A DNA stretch of 64,000 nucleotides, taken from positions 6,234,932 to 6,298,931 of the forward strand of contig CM119263.1 of assembly GCA_051294375.1 (NCBI GenBank), written 5' to 3'. The DNA is from Paraspadella gotoi (Eukaryota; Animalia; Chaetognatha). Positions 17,903 through 30,186 of this stretch are shown one piece after another (the stretch's first letter is position 1; every line of letters starts with the position of its first letter). Under the pieces are notes generated by a model. The model saw nothing but the letters and a program-made list of their open reading frames with translations. It had not been told where the DNA came from and searched no databases. Both the position numbers and the translations under genes were made by a program.

Positions 17903-20593
17903 ATGATTCACTGCCCTCCACTCGTTCCGCCCTTTCCCGCCGCCGCCGCCGCCGCCCCTCAACCCGCCCATATGCATCGGCCGACTCCGTCCTCGGCGGG
18001 GTCCTTTCTCTTTTCCGGTGGCGCCTTCTCCAAACCTGGCGGCGCCGTTTCTGTCCCGGCGCCGTTTTTACCAGACCCGAGTCAGAATCTGGCGTACATG
18101 ACGACTCTCTACCATCACCTTCGCGGCCTACAATCTCCGGGACACGCGCCGACAATTCCGACGTCTCTACCGGCGACGTCGGCCAGGACGCCGCCTCGCA
18201 GCCCGGCATCGTCTTCCGCGTCTTCACCGACGACGACGCCGCCGAAATCCACAGACGCGACGTCGCCCGGCGTCTCTCCCAAATCCGCCTTCACCATCGA
18301 CGCCATTCTCGGCAAAAACGAAAAAGCGGCGTCTCCTCCGCCACCCCCGCCACCGCCACCACCTCCGGTGACTTCCTCTCCCTCTCTTCCCGCCCGCGAA
18401 GCCGCCTTCAGATTCAAGGGGGCGTTTCCGGGGCCACACCTCCATCCTCAATTAGCGGCATCTCTCAACCACCTCCACCCTCATCTACAGCAGCACCCCC
18501 ACCTTCCGCCTCACCATCCCGCCGCCCTTAACCCTCACCACCCGGCGTTCATGCCGCCACCCACTCACCACCATCAGCTGCATCAGCATTTGCGCGGCGG
18601 CGCCGCAGCCGAGTTCCCTCAGCACCTTCGCCATTCCTTGGCGTCGCAAAGGAAAGAGAAAGGTAAGTCGTCCGGTTCAAAAAAAAAATACGACATTATC
18701 ATTTTCTCAATATGCTATAAGTAATACAAGTAATAAAATTATATTTTCGCTAACCATTAATTTTCTAAAATTAAAATGATCTCTTGTCTTAATCATTCAC
18801 AATACTTTAAGGCGAGAATCTCACCTCCCCTCTCGAACCACATTTGTTTTCCCGTTCCGAAACTGAATACGATTCATCTTTTCCTCTTTTTCTTTTTTTA
18901 ATAAAAAAAAAGTGTTGTTATTTTAATTTTTCTTTCTCCCTTTCGCTCTCCCTTTTATCTGCCTTTTGAGATGTAAATGAAGCTGTCATGGACGGGCGCC
19001 CGCCGCCGCGTTCGCCGCAGCGTTTACCGCAGAGAGCAGCGTCGGCGGCGGCTGCGGCGGATCTCCTTTCGAAATCTCGTTACACGAAATGTGAAATATG
19101 AATCTAATTAGTCACGATCGAACGATGCCGTCGGAATTGAGGAGACCCTGCCCCGAAATGGACCCTCCTCGATGAGAGCCGTCCCTTTCAGATCTCCAAC
19201 CCCTTCCCACGAAGTCCCACAACGTGACATTTTTAAACGAGGCCTTCAGGAAATAAAAATTTTCACTGCCTTCACCCACAAATACACCAACTTATAATCC
19301 TTTCACACTGTTTTATTTTATTCATTGTCTCAGTTTCTCTCCCGTTGTCTCTATCTTTCCCTCCTCTTTTGTTCCCTCTTTCTTTCGTCCCTATTCGGAT
19401 GAACGACCCGACGATCATTTATCCAAAACGATCAGATTGAGCCCTCTTCACAAAAGCATCACTTACCCATTCTCTACTTCCTCCACATTAAAAACTCACC
19501 CTCTTCCCACTCGAAATTCGATACGCGGCTCGTCGAATAGATCTTAGATCTTGACCAATTTTCTTGTCGTGTCGATGTTTTTGGTTGTCCACTTTGTTTT
19601 TCTCATTGTTTTGCTTTGTGATCGAATTTTCCGAGGGCGTCGATGTTTTTCTCATGTTCAGCCTCTCGAGTTTCTCGTTCGCGACTTTGGCTCGCTTTTA
19701 GATTAATCGCTTTTTTGCTCAATCGCTTTGCTCCTCATTGTTGCTTTCTCCTTTTAATTGCTTCTCCAATTGTCTCGGACACAAATCCTTGATTTTATCA
19801 ATTGCTTCGTCCAATTCATTTCACTTATAATTCAATAACAAGATTGCTGATTACTTCTCTTTTAAATAAAAATTATATAATTAAATTATGTCACTTATAG
19901 TTTCAGTGAGTCCCAAATTGACCATAAACCTAATGGTTATCAATTCTCTTCCTTCAATCAGATCACAAGTCGAACCACCTCAAGCGCGATTGTCCCTGGA
20001 AAGTCTCGTCGACGCCTTCCGCATCTCAAGCCTCGTCCCAACTCTCGCCCACACACCCTAGCGCCGGCGGCAGCGGCGCCCACTCCGGCGGCGGATCCGG
20101 CTCCGGTTCGGGCGGACTCGGGGTCAAGCCCAAACGAGTCCGCACCATCTTCACGCCAGAGCAGCTGGAGCGACTGGAGCAAGAGTTCGAGCGGCAGCAG
20201 TACATGGTCGGCACGGAGCGGTTCTACTTGGCCACCTCGCTCAACCTCAGCGAGGCGCAAGTCAAGGTCTGGTTCCAGAATCGCCGCATCAAGTGGAGAA
20301 AGCAGCATCTCGAACAGCCGCAGCAGCAGCAGCATCCGCACGTGGGCGTCGGAGCGGAACGTCCGCTGCCTCGACTCCCCGGGGAGGCGGAGGAAGAGGA
20401 GGAGGAGGAGAGGAAGAGGAGGAGGATGGCGGAGGAGGAAGAGGAGGTAGATTTGGAATCGGGAGACGAAGAGGACGTTCGCAGTTTGACTTCTTCCTTG
20501 AGATCCTCGCCCGGAATTCTCGTCAATTTAGCCTCCGCAGAGGAGAGACACTGCCTCGCCGCCGAGAGGGGCGCTGGAAGAAACTTCGAGTGA
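17903..20593 (+). CDS. Not: Not/Noto-class (NK-like ANTP) homeobox transcription factor, 2 exons
   Basis: Exon 1 17903-18662 (donor AG|GTAAGT, phase 1) and exon 2 19962-20593 (acceptor TCAG|) splice in frame. The homeodomain [60 protein letters not shown] carries the Not-family signature (QQYMVGTER...[12 protein letters not shown]). Exon 1 has an eh1 Groucho-binding motif ([11 protein letters not shown]) and His/Pro-rich tracts, and the C-terminus is acidic. The start could alternatively be a slightly downstream ATG (MHRPT). Confidence 0.93.
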
Positions 20594-21878
20594 AGGCGCG
20601 GCGCCTCAGCCCCTCCTCCCTTAGCCCGCGGCGCCGCGCTGCACGACTTCAAATGCCGATCCATTTCCCGACGTCGTTGATCCTAGTCTTTTTCGATCGT
20701 GAAGAAATTAGTTTAGCTGATGTAGTAGAAAGTTTATTATAATTATTACCTTATTTAAAAAAAAAAACAAAAAAACAACCGTTCTTGCCATTTTCTTTTG
20801 CCGTTGTAGATCCATTAGAAGCGTTTGTCTTCCGTACAATTTCGTCGTTTTACCAGCTCGTTGTAACGTCGCATGATTCGATCATCGAAGAATAAACTGT
20901 TCGACATAATATTTCAAAGTTTTCTTTATTTCTTACGCTGAAGCGCGAGTTTTAGTCATAGTAAAAAAAAATAGTTATGTGGAGAAAGAAGGCCTCAGTC
21001 TAACTCAGCTATGATTTGATAGTCTGACCACCCAAGTACATATTTACACTGAAATAGAAAATATTAAATTACAACATTTATGCTGTTGTAATTCTACCCC
21101 TCATTTTAAATTAAGTCAAGATTCATGATGCTGATACAAAGAATAAATATGAATGAATGTATTAATGAACAACGATGAAATTGTAGAAGACGAAATATAT
21201 AAATAAATATAATAAATAAATATAATAATAAATATATATATAAATGGGAGAAATCTAGAGACTCAATATCGCGAAATAACCTTAACTTACCATTGATTAA
21301 AATTACTTGTTAGACTAATTAGACTAAATTTTAAAACGAATATAAAAGGTTAAATATAATAATAACATAGTCTTGATTGAAAGCTTGCAGAAACCTGCTA
21401 TGTTATTATCTTGTAAGTGTGATGGAGGCCTTAAACCACCAAAGCCTGTCCAAAGTCAGGGACAAGATAGCTTATTTATTAAATGAATGGATAATTTTTA
21501 TATTGGTTGTACCAATTTCATATATACGTATATATGTAATAATAATGACATCTTGACATATTACTATGAAATTTATACAACCAATATATTTTATTCTTCT
21601 AAAACTTTGGTTGCAAGAAGGGAGACAATCAAAGCCCCCGTTCTTTTGTTGAAAACCAATAGTTGAGATTTATCATTAGAAGAGGGCGTCAGCACCATAA
21701 TGATAGGAGTGAAAAGAACAACGAGAAAGCTCTCAATCGTGAATCCTCTTAGGTTAGTATAGGTCCATTGATCCATTGATCGTGATGAAGTATATATGAC
21801 TATCGAACATTTGAAACCCAACAGATTTTGCGTACCTTCCATATTTTTTTGTCTTCTTCAAACAGTATCTCTCGGGAC

Positions 21879-22193
21879 CAGGGGCGGCGAGAGTGGGGGG
21901 ACATCTTCGCCCGGGAGAGAAAAAAAAGGAGAGAAAAGAAGAAAAAAGAAAAAAGGAAATGAGTGATTGAGTGATAATGTTCAGTTTGTGCAGATAGTCT
22001 AACTGATCAAATTCAGGTTAGATCATGCTTGGGGCCCCTTTAGACTTTAGGGGTAAAGTTTGGCCCCTATTTTAGTCAAATCAAGGCCCCTTTATTGATA
22101 TTGTCCCAACCTTTTCAGGGATATAGTCCATTTCACTAAAAACTAAAATTATAGAGGGGCCGGTCAAGGGGCCAGTGGAGGGGCCCGCCCCTG
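21879..22193. mobile_element. Non-autonomous DNA transposon (MITE), hAT-like
   Basis: TIRs CAGGGGCGG / CCGCCCCTG. The 8 bp target-site duplication CTCGGGAC (21871-21878) / CTCGGGTC (22194-22201) has one mismatch. Subterminal GGGGCC(CC) motifs are present. Confidence 0.75.
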
Positions 22194-22848
22194 CTCGGGT
22201 CTGCCTTGAAAAATTATTTCAAATATTGGGAAAAAAAATATTAAAAGTCTAGTAACATTGATAAATTGAAATAAATCCTTTTTTTATAATTTTTCTCATC
22301 ACTTCAGCTTGAAATCCGTGCGACTCTATATTAACAATTTCTTCTAATTAACAATTTATTTAATAGTTATTTTTAATTGATAAAAAATTAGATTTTAAAT
22401 GAAAAAAATCCTAGTTTATAACCTGTTTAAAATCAAATTTACTCGAGTTGCAATTGATAATTAATATTTACACATCCATAAAAGTAAAATCTTATTTGTT
22501 TTATATATCTTATTTGTTTTAAAAGCCAAGAGAGGCAAACCATTTGGTCTATCAGATCCATCTTCCTGCGATGATATAATATATTGGTTTTTTGGAATTT
22601 GTATCTTTTATATTTTCCGCATTTTGGCTAAAAATATATTTTTTTTGTCTTCATAGCTTATTTTTTTGGTTTCTCCTTCAAGTTCTCTTAGAGATTTTGT
22701 TTCCTTCTTCTTCGTCGTGGAAAGCATCTGTTCTTTCGAAAACTAATATCTTGTGATGATATTTTATATAAACAACAACAAACAAAATATATTTATTTCA
22801 TTCGCCGGTGAAAAAAAGAGAGAGAGAAAGATAAAAAAAAAGGAATGG

Positions 22849-22958
<110 letters not shown>

Positions 22959-23318
22959 CTGAAGAAATGCAAAATTAATAGAATGGAGGTGAAAGATGAT
23001 GAAATCAAAACATGAATAAACAAAAGGGAAAATAATTTCGCGCCGATGGTGCCTCAAGCTTGCTCGCCGTTAAATATTGATCGGATTCGTGGATAAAGAT
23101 CTTGGAAAAGCCTCACTCAGTCACTCACTACCAAGGAAGGAACAATGAAAATAAAATTGAAAATATGAGCAAAACTATTGAAGGCAATAAACAATTGGAA
23201 AAAATTGAAACAAATTCAATATAAATAGTCAATTGATAAAATTTTTGAAGTCGTTCCTAACAGTAAAGCCGAAGGATAACATGCATCGTTGAGTTGAATA
23301 ACCTTAGCGCTCTCTCTC

Positions 23319-23355
<37 letters not shown>

Positions 23356-23793
23356 CCCCGAATGACGCACGCGCCTTAGAAACGCTCGCTCGACCTCGCG
23401 ACGACAAACTCGCGGAGCTCAATTGCGGCGCTCAATCGGTACAAGCGGCGCCGACCGGAAGCGCCGCTGACGTCAATGGCACTTCCGGCAAAAATAAATG
23501 GAATCCGCGAGGCAGGTAGGGGGGGAGAGAGGAGGAAGAAAGAAAAGGAAAGGAGGGAGGAAAAAGGAACTAAAAACGGAGAGAGAAAAATTGGATAGAA
23601 AAGAGACAAGCTCCGTTCGGTCGTTAAATTATTTAAATGTTTTTTTGAAGGAAATTTAAATTGTAAATCATTCTGCGAATAAAAGTATAAAATAAAATTA
23701 AAAGTAACAACAAAATTTTAGAAAATCTAGGGTACTTTAATCAAAGGTACGTAAAACGTAAAGCGCTTCTAAAAATATGATAATAATAGTTTA

Positions 23794-23956
23794 GAAAGAG
23801 TTTGAATTAGTTTAACAACGATTTATTTTGAAACAGTGATCATGTTTCGACTTTAGTTCAAGTCTTCATCAGCACTGTTTCACATGTTCAGTGTTTCAAA
23901 TTAAATCGTTGTTGAACTAATTCAAACTCTTTCTCAATATAAAACACAACATAATG
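23794..23956 (-). mobile_element. Short palindromic Penelope-like remnant with a minimal type I hammerhead core
   Basis: Inverted arms (about 23793-23835 and 23891-23933). Minus-strand core CTGATGA-A-GACTT..AAGTC-GAAACATGAT (23872-23839) with a 10 bp stem I (TGAAACAGTG/CACTGTTTCA). Flanking direct repeat ATAATAGTTTA (23783-23793 / 23957-23967). Confidence 0.65.
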
Positions 23957-24054
23957 ATAATAGTTTAAAAATCAACGATAAAAAATATAAAAGCAGAAGC
24001 TCAAAGATAAATTGATAAAAAGCGGCAACGATAAGAAATTCCGTATCTACAGAA

Positions 24055-24089
<35 letters not shown>

Positions 24090-24128
24090 CTAAACAAAAA
24101 CGAATAACAAAAGATCAACAACGATCCT

Positions 24129-26423
24129 TCAGGACCCGGCTCGGAGATAAAACGCCGCCAAAGACGTCTCGATAATCAGCGCAGCCGCCAGCACGATAGC
24201 GGGAAGGAGGCCGTGCAGCATCTCGCCGGGTAGGCACGCCCCCGGGGCCGTTTTCAGCCCGAAAAAGTAGCCGAATGGGCCGGACTTTGTGATGAGGTAG
24301 GCGAGGAGGGTCGTGACGAAGGAGGAGATGCTGAAGAGGAAGGGGAAGGCGTTGAAGACGGGAAACTGGAGGATGACGACGCCGACAGCGACGATGACTT
24401 GGTGGTGGATCAAATAAAAGGGCATCGCTGCAGTGGAGAGGGTGGAGAGGCAGCGGCGGTAAGTGGTGATGTATCTGGGGGGGAAAACGAAAATTCCTAC
24501 AGTGTGGCGGTATATTCACACCGCCTCCATCATCGTTCAGCCAATCCCATTGGCTCAGAGGAGTAACACACCGTCCCAGGCGTTGTGTTCTATCCACACT
24601 CCACAGTCCTAACGACTTCCCTCTGCGTTGGCAAAGCGAGACCGTCCTAGGGTAACCGCGCCAGTGACTGGATTCGTCACTGAGGGTCGGAAGCCCACAA
24701 AGCCAACAGTGAGATGCCCTATCCAATTGAGCATCACAGGCAAACCGGCTGTTGCCATAACAGACAATTTTAAAGCAATTTTAAAGCCATTTTAAATCAG
24801 TCAGCAAAATTAAGGCGGACCTTCTACAGACGGCCACGATGCCCAAGACTATGAGCCATTCTCCGAATCCTTTGAGAGAACCCACGACGAGGAAGTCGAT
24901 GAGAAGACGAGGGGTCGACTCTTTGGGAACAAGACCGTCGAGAAAAGCGATCAAGACCCCGTATATCTGGATCGGGGAGGGGGGGGAGTGGGAGATATAG
25001 GCGTGGGTTGGGGTTTTAATTTTTGTTTTAAAATCAATTTTAAAAAAGCCTCATCAAAATCTGAATCAAATATTCGCCATAAACGACGCAAGAGGCAAAA
25101 AATTATAAAAATAAAAACAAATAACAAACTAAAGCCAAAAAGCCTAAAGCCTAAACTCACGAGGCAGAGGATCGTCCCGATGCTGATGTAGAGCCAAGCG
25201 AACGTCTTGAGGATCGGCTCGAGTCGCTCGTCGATGGCGGCGACGACGAAACCCAAAAAGTAGACGAAGCCATAGTTGAGGTCGTTGGCGACGTCGGTCG
25301 CCACGGAGACGAAGTTGTATTGGCCATCGGGGAAGAAAGGGCGGAGGGGAATCTGGAAGGGGGTAAAAGGGGAGGACAGGGAGGAGGACCGGGAAGGGAC
25401 CGGGGGGAGAGGACCGGGGGAAGGATCGGGAAGGATTGGAGAGGAAGACCGGCGGACGGAGACGGGAGGGGGAGGGAAAGGAGGGTGATAGATCGAAAGA
25501 GGTTTTCTATTTGACTTCCGGTTTCCTTCACGTATAAATGGCAGTTCGACTATTAATCAAGTATGTAACAATTCTTTAAAAAAATATTTACTAAATAATT
25601 CAAAAGTTTCTTCTATGAAATTGGTGAAACTTTGGACATTGGACAGGCCTCCATCACTATTACAAGATAATGATATAGCAGGTCCCTGGAAGCTTTCAAT
25701 CAAGACTCTCTGTTTCGTTTTTTCACTCCCATAGTACCTGGCTTCTCTGTCAATGAAGTCGAATTATATTTCAAAGAATGTTTCAATTATATGAAGATAC
25801 CCCTATGTATTTGTATTTGTAATTGATACAACCAATTTATTAAACCTATTATGAATAAATATATATTGTCCCCTTTTCGTCCTTTTTCGCGACCCACCTC
25901 CACCAGAGCCAGAACGGCGCCGGGAACGAGAGCCAACTTGACGCCGCTACCGAGAAATCTCCAGGCGGCGTCGGCGAAAGCTTTCGGCGTCGGCGTCCGG
26001 AGCCCTAAGCAGCAGAGGAAGCGGCGGTGAGATCCGCCGCAGCAGCAGCCGCAGGTCCGCTCGAGGGCAGCGGAGGAGGGGTGCCAGAGATAGAAGGGGC
26101 TCGCCAGAATCTGAAGGAATGACGTATGTCTAAAAGCTCCTTTCTCTTTCTCTCTTTCTCTGTCTTTCCCTCGCTCTTTCGCTCTCTCGTTATCTCAATA
26201 TTTCCCTCCGTGTTTTTTTATCTCTTTTTCATCATCATCATCATCATCAGCATCATCATCATTATTGGAATCATCATCATCTCGCTCTTTCCCTCCGTGT
26301 TTTTTATGTCTTTTTCATCATCATCATCATCATCCACGGCGTAACCCTTCGTCGACTTTTGGAACAAAGAGAACCCATTCGTGAAACTAGTCACATTTCA
26401 TAAAAGAGACCTTGGGGAGTTCC

Positions 26424-26464
<41 letters not shown>

Positions 26465-27606
26465 ACATCAACAACAACAACAACAACAACAACGCCGTCG
26501 CAATTAGACCTGCGAGAAAACGAAGAGATAGACCAAGAACCATCCTTGCATCGGATCCGGCGTTCTCGGCGGATCGCCCCATCTCTTGGCCACGAAATAA
26601 CCGAAGGACTCGTTTGCCATCGGAACGTAGAACAAATTGCAGGTGGCGTTGGTGTCGTCGCCAAAGCTGATTTCCTCGCAGGGAGTAGAGAGCATGGAAA
26701 AGTAGACCAGCGTGGTCGGGAACTGAGTCACGGCGGCGATGACCAACGCCGGAACCAGGAGGCGATGGAAGCGCTCCAGGCGGAAGGCGCGTTCGTCGCG
26801 TCGCTTCATGGCGAAAAAGACGCTGACGCCGGATAAAAAAAAGAACATCGGCATGTTCCAGGCGGTCATGAACATGACGAAGATCACGGCGAACTGGAAA
26901 GGGGGGGGGTTTAAAAAGGCTTTAAAAATCTGATTGAAAGATTCATGTTTCGTATTAGAAATTTGGGGGACGAGTGATTCCTCTCGCTGCTTCATGGCAA
27001 TCCAAAATTAATTGTCATGAAAGAGCTTAAAAATAAGAGTTTATATATAAAAATATTTTAATAAATGCACAATCTTTTACGAAATCCAATAGAGATAGGT
27101 CGTTATTTATTTATTTAGATATACAACGACACTACTATTAAGAAGGGAAGGTAAACGATCCTCTTGCAAGCCTATGGCTTTTCAAAACAAGTTTGTCTTG
27201 CTAAATTCGAAATTCCTAATACAATTCAGAATGGTGAAACTATTAATCATTGGTCGCGCCAGGATTGAACCAGGATTGCACCCACCCAATCCTAATGGAG
27301 CCTAAATCATTATTCATAATAAATTTAAAAACTAATTATATTTATAAATCTCACCAGCCACCCTTGGTATTCGGTGTAAGGGTCGTTGATGTAGTTGGGA
27401 AAGGGTGAGTAAACGAAGGCCACGTGATACAAGAGAATCGCCCAGGTGAGCGAAACTCTGATCACGTCAATGTCCGCCCGCCGTTTCGATCTATGCTTCT
27501 GTTGCTGTTGCTGCGTTTCCTCGGTCAAAGTTTGCAGCTGTTGTTGGGGTTGCTGCAGTTCATCTTGAGGCCTTTCGGTCCCCCGCGAATCCGACAGTTC
27601 TATCAT
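24129..27606 (-). CDS. Multi-pass membrane acyltransferase, Acyl_transf_3 family, OpgC/MdoC (glucans biosynthesis protein C)-like; 6 exons, about 510 aa
   Basis: Exons 27606-27355, 26893-26510, 26110-25898, 25352-25161, 24966-24821 and 24474-24129, all GT-AG and in frame (phases 0,0,0,0,2). The motifs RRADIDVIRVSLTWAILLYH, WNMPMFFFLSG..FAMKRR..AFRLERFHRLLVP, WFLVYLFVFS, YFLGF and AAMPFYLIHHQVIV match the AT3/OpgC pattern (RxxxDxxR..H; MPLFFxxSG; ERxxRLxxP; WFLxYL; PFYxxHQ). Confidence 0.88.
24503..24762. repeat. Interspersed repeat in acyltransferase intron 5 (TG...CA ends, possibly a solo LTR); partial second copy at about 46478-46532
   Basis: TGTGGCGGTATATTCACA...CAGCCAATCCCATT occurs at both loci. 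The ends read TGTGGC...GCCATAACA. A TSD is not convincing. Confidence 0.4.
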
Positions 27607-30092
27607 CTTTGTTATTAGTGGGAATGGATTTCCAAGGGTTCAATTATCAAAACGCTGGTCCAAGCACCGAGAACATTTACCTAAAAAACTAAATTTTTGC
27701 TGAAATTGTACTCAGTGAACAAAGTTAGCAAGGATCGCAACAAAGTCAACGACGACAGCAACGAACAAACCCCAAAAAAAACTAAACCGCGAAAAAAAAT
27801 CCCGAAATTCCGAGTCGTAAATTGATTATGCCGTAATTTTTTTTTTCAGAGAGCAATATTTAAATTTTTTTCACGATTTTTTGAAATAACAATTGGGCTT
27901 ACTAAATTTTTAATTATTTTTTTTTACGAATATATCCATAACCAAAAATAAACCGGAAAGGCTTTCGAATTGTTTACCTACTTAAATCTAGGATGTTCTT
28001 GGTCCAATCAGAGTTCATTATGAACGCTAGACGAGATCGGCTCTTAGCCAATCAGAGAACAGAATGAGTTCAAAACAAGATCGAACTGAGAACTCTTGCT
28101 AACTGTCGAGTGTTTGGGGTAAAAAATTAAACAAGATCAATCGTATTGACCAAAACGGTAGGAATACGAAAAAAACAACAACAACAACACATTTTTTTAA
28201 CTTTAGTACTTCTTTTTACGTCTTTTAAAATACATATGTTACTGTTTCGACTTCTTCCTCCTTAGCGAAAATGTAGCAGATTAATTTGTGAATTATTTCA
28301 AATGAGATTGAGTTCGTGAATCTCATTTGCATATTGTCGTTTTCTGAATAAGTTTTGATAAATTTTTACTCCAGCTGGCTTTTCTACATTTGATAAGAAA
28401 GATATATTCCTCAAAAAATTATCCTTTAGTGAGCTAGGATTACAAGGGTCGGTTTGAGCCACTATGCCCTTTCTAGGTTTATTAGAGAGAAAGATGAATC
28501 ATCGTTAAAGGAAAAATTCTGCGTCGCCCATAGCATAGAGTGGTTGCTTGAGTACCGATCATAATTCACTATGAGCAGGCCTTTTAAGGCCTTTTATGGC
28601 CGATATTTTAGAAATTCGTCTGAATATTGCAGTAAGATTAATGTTTTTAAGTTATGTATCTTTTTTAGTCAATAAAATTTGCATAGAAATTTAATGATCT
28701 ATCAATTATTTTTGAGCATTAATCTATAAGAATTAGGACTTATATAATATATTTTTTGCTCGTCGTCTTTGCCGAAACTGACATTGTCAGCAAAACAAAG
28801 AGACAGAAAAGCCAAAAGGTATGGAAGCAGACCCGAGCGATCCAAGCGACGCATGAATAATGAAGTGAAAATCGAAAGTCATTTTCCATTAAATGTTCCA
28901 CTCGTTCTCNNNNNNNNNNTCATTTTCGTTTTCGCGATTGAATTTTCAATTTTCGTCTGCCCTCTGTCGTCGCCAGATTTTAAAAATCGATTTGACGTCG
29001 AATTCACGCTTCCTTTGACAACAACTACAAAAACCATAACGAAAACAAAAACAAAGACAATAATAACATTACACGTAAAAACTACAACATCCGGTTTCTC
29101 GACTCGACTTACGGATGAAATTGAGCGACCTTGATTCGATCTTGACCGCTCGATTGAGTTCGAGGCTTTGACGCAGCTCTGTTTGATTTCATTTAGAGTC
29201 GGATGAAATTATATTAATGTGCGTAAACTTGGTAGGTTGTTATGACTTTTGATGGCTTGCGTCCTTCGCGTGACGGTTTTTTTTTTAAGTTTGGGAGGAC
29301 ACGGACACGAAGTCACGGACATTTTTTTTAATGTTTGTTGTATATACACAATTTGATATACTATACGTATATTGTAAAATAAACTGAAGAGGATGGTTTT
29401 TTCAGAAGTAGCTATTGTATCTCAACCTCAATTGTAGTCTAATACTGTTGCACTTTATGTAGAGGGATGGAATTTCAAATGCGCTAATCGGCTTTGAGTC
29501 TCACCATCCAGAAATACTCGTTTTTCAAAGTCAAATGAGACAACGGATTCAGATATTATCATGAATTGTTATCCATGTTTTCATAAAATTGATATTCAAG
29601 ACTCGGTTGTTCTTTCATCCAACTCAATTAGGATAATTCAATCTCGAGGCTTCGGCTTTGGCTGCGTCGACGATAACCCTCACCTTTTCTTTTGAGGAAA
29701 TGGAAGGGAAGAGAAAGGGAAGAGAAAGAGGAAGAGGGAAAAAAAGAAGGAAAAGGGATAAGAGAAAAAAAGAGGAGAAGGAAAAGGAAAATGAGGAAAA
29801 AGAGATATAAGAAAAAGAAGGGAAAGGATGAAAAAGTGAGATGGTGAAAAAGGGAGGAAAAAGGATTGAAAATGGTAAAAAAGAAAAAAATTAATGATAA
29901 ACGGATGAATTAAAAGAAAAAAAGAAGTAAAAGGAAAAAGTTAAAAACAGGAGGCAGAAAATATGAAAAGGTGGAAAAATGAGAAGGCGGTTACAGAAAT
30001 ACTGGTACAGTTACAAAGGAAAGATGATAAAAAATGGAGTGAGATTTTTTGACTGCGGAATGAAGGCAAAGGAGAAAAAGATAAAGGGCAAA

Positions 30093-30186
<94 letters not shown>

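Noticed and set aside
18115-20742. Antisense and alternate-frame ORFs over the Not exons (and likewise over DBNL exons, e.g. 46892-47515 +)
   Set aside because: These are shadow ORFs of GC-rich coding exons with no independent homology.
24129-27606. Bacterial contamination as the source of the acyltransferase
   Set aside because: The gene has five canonical spliceosomal introns that contain host repeats and microsatellites.
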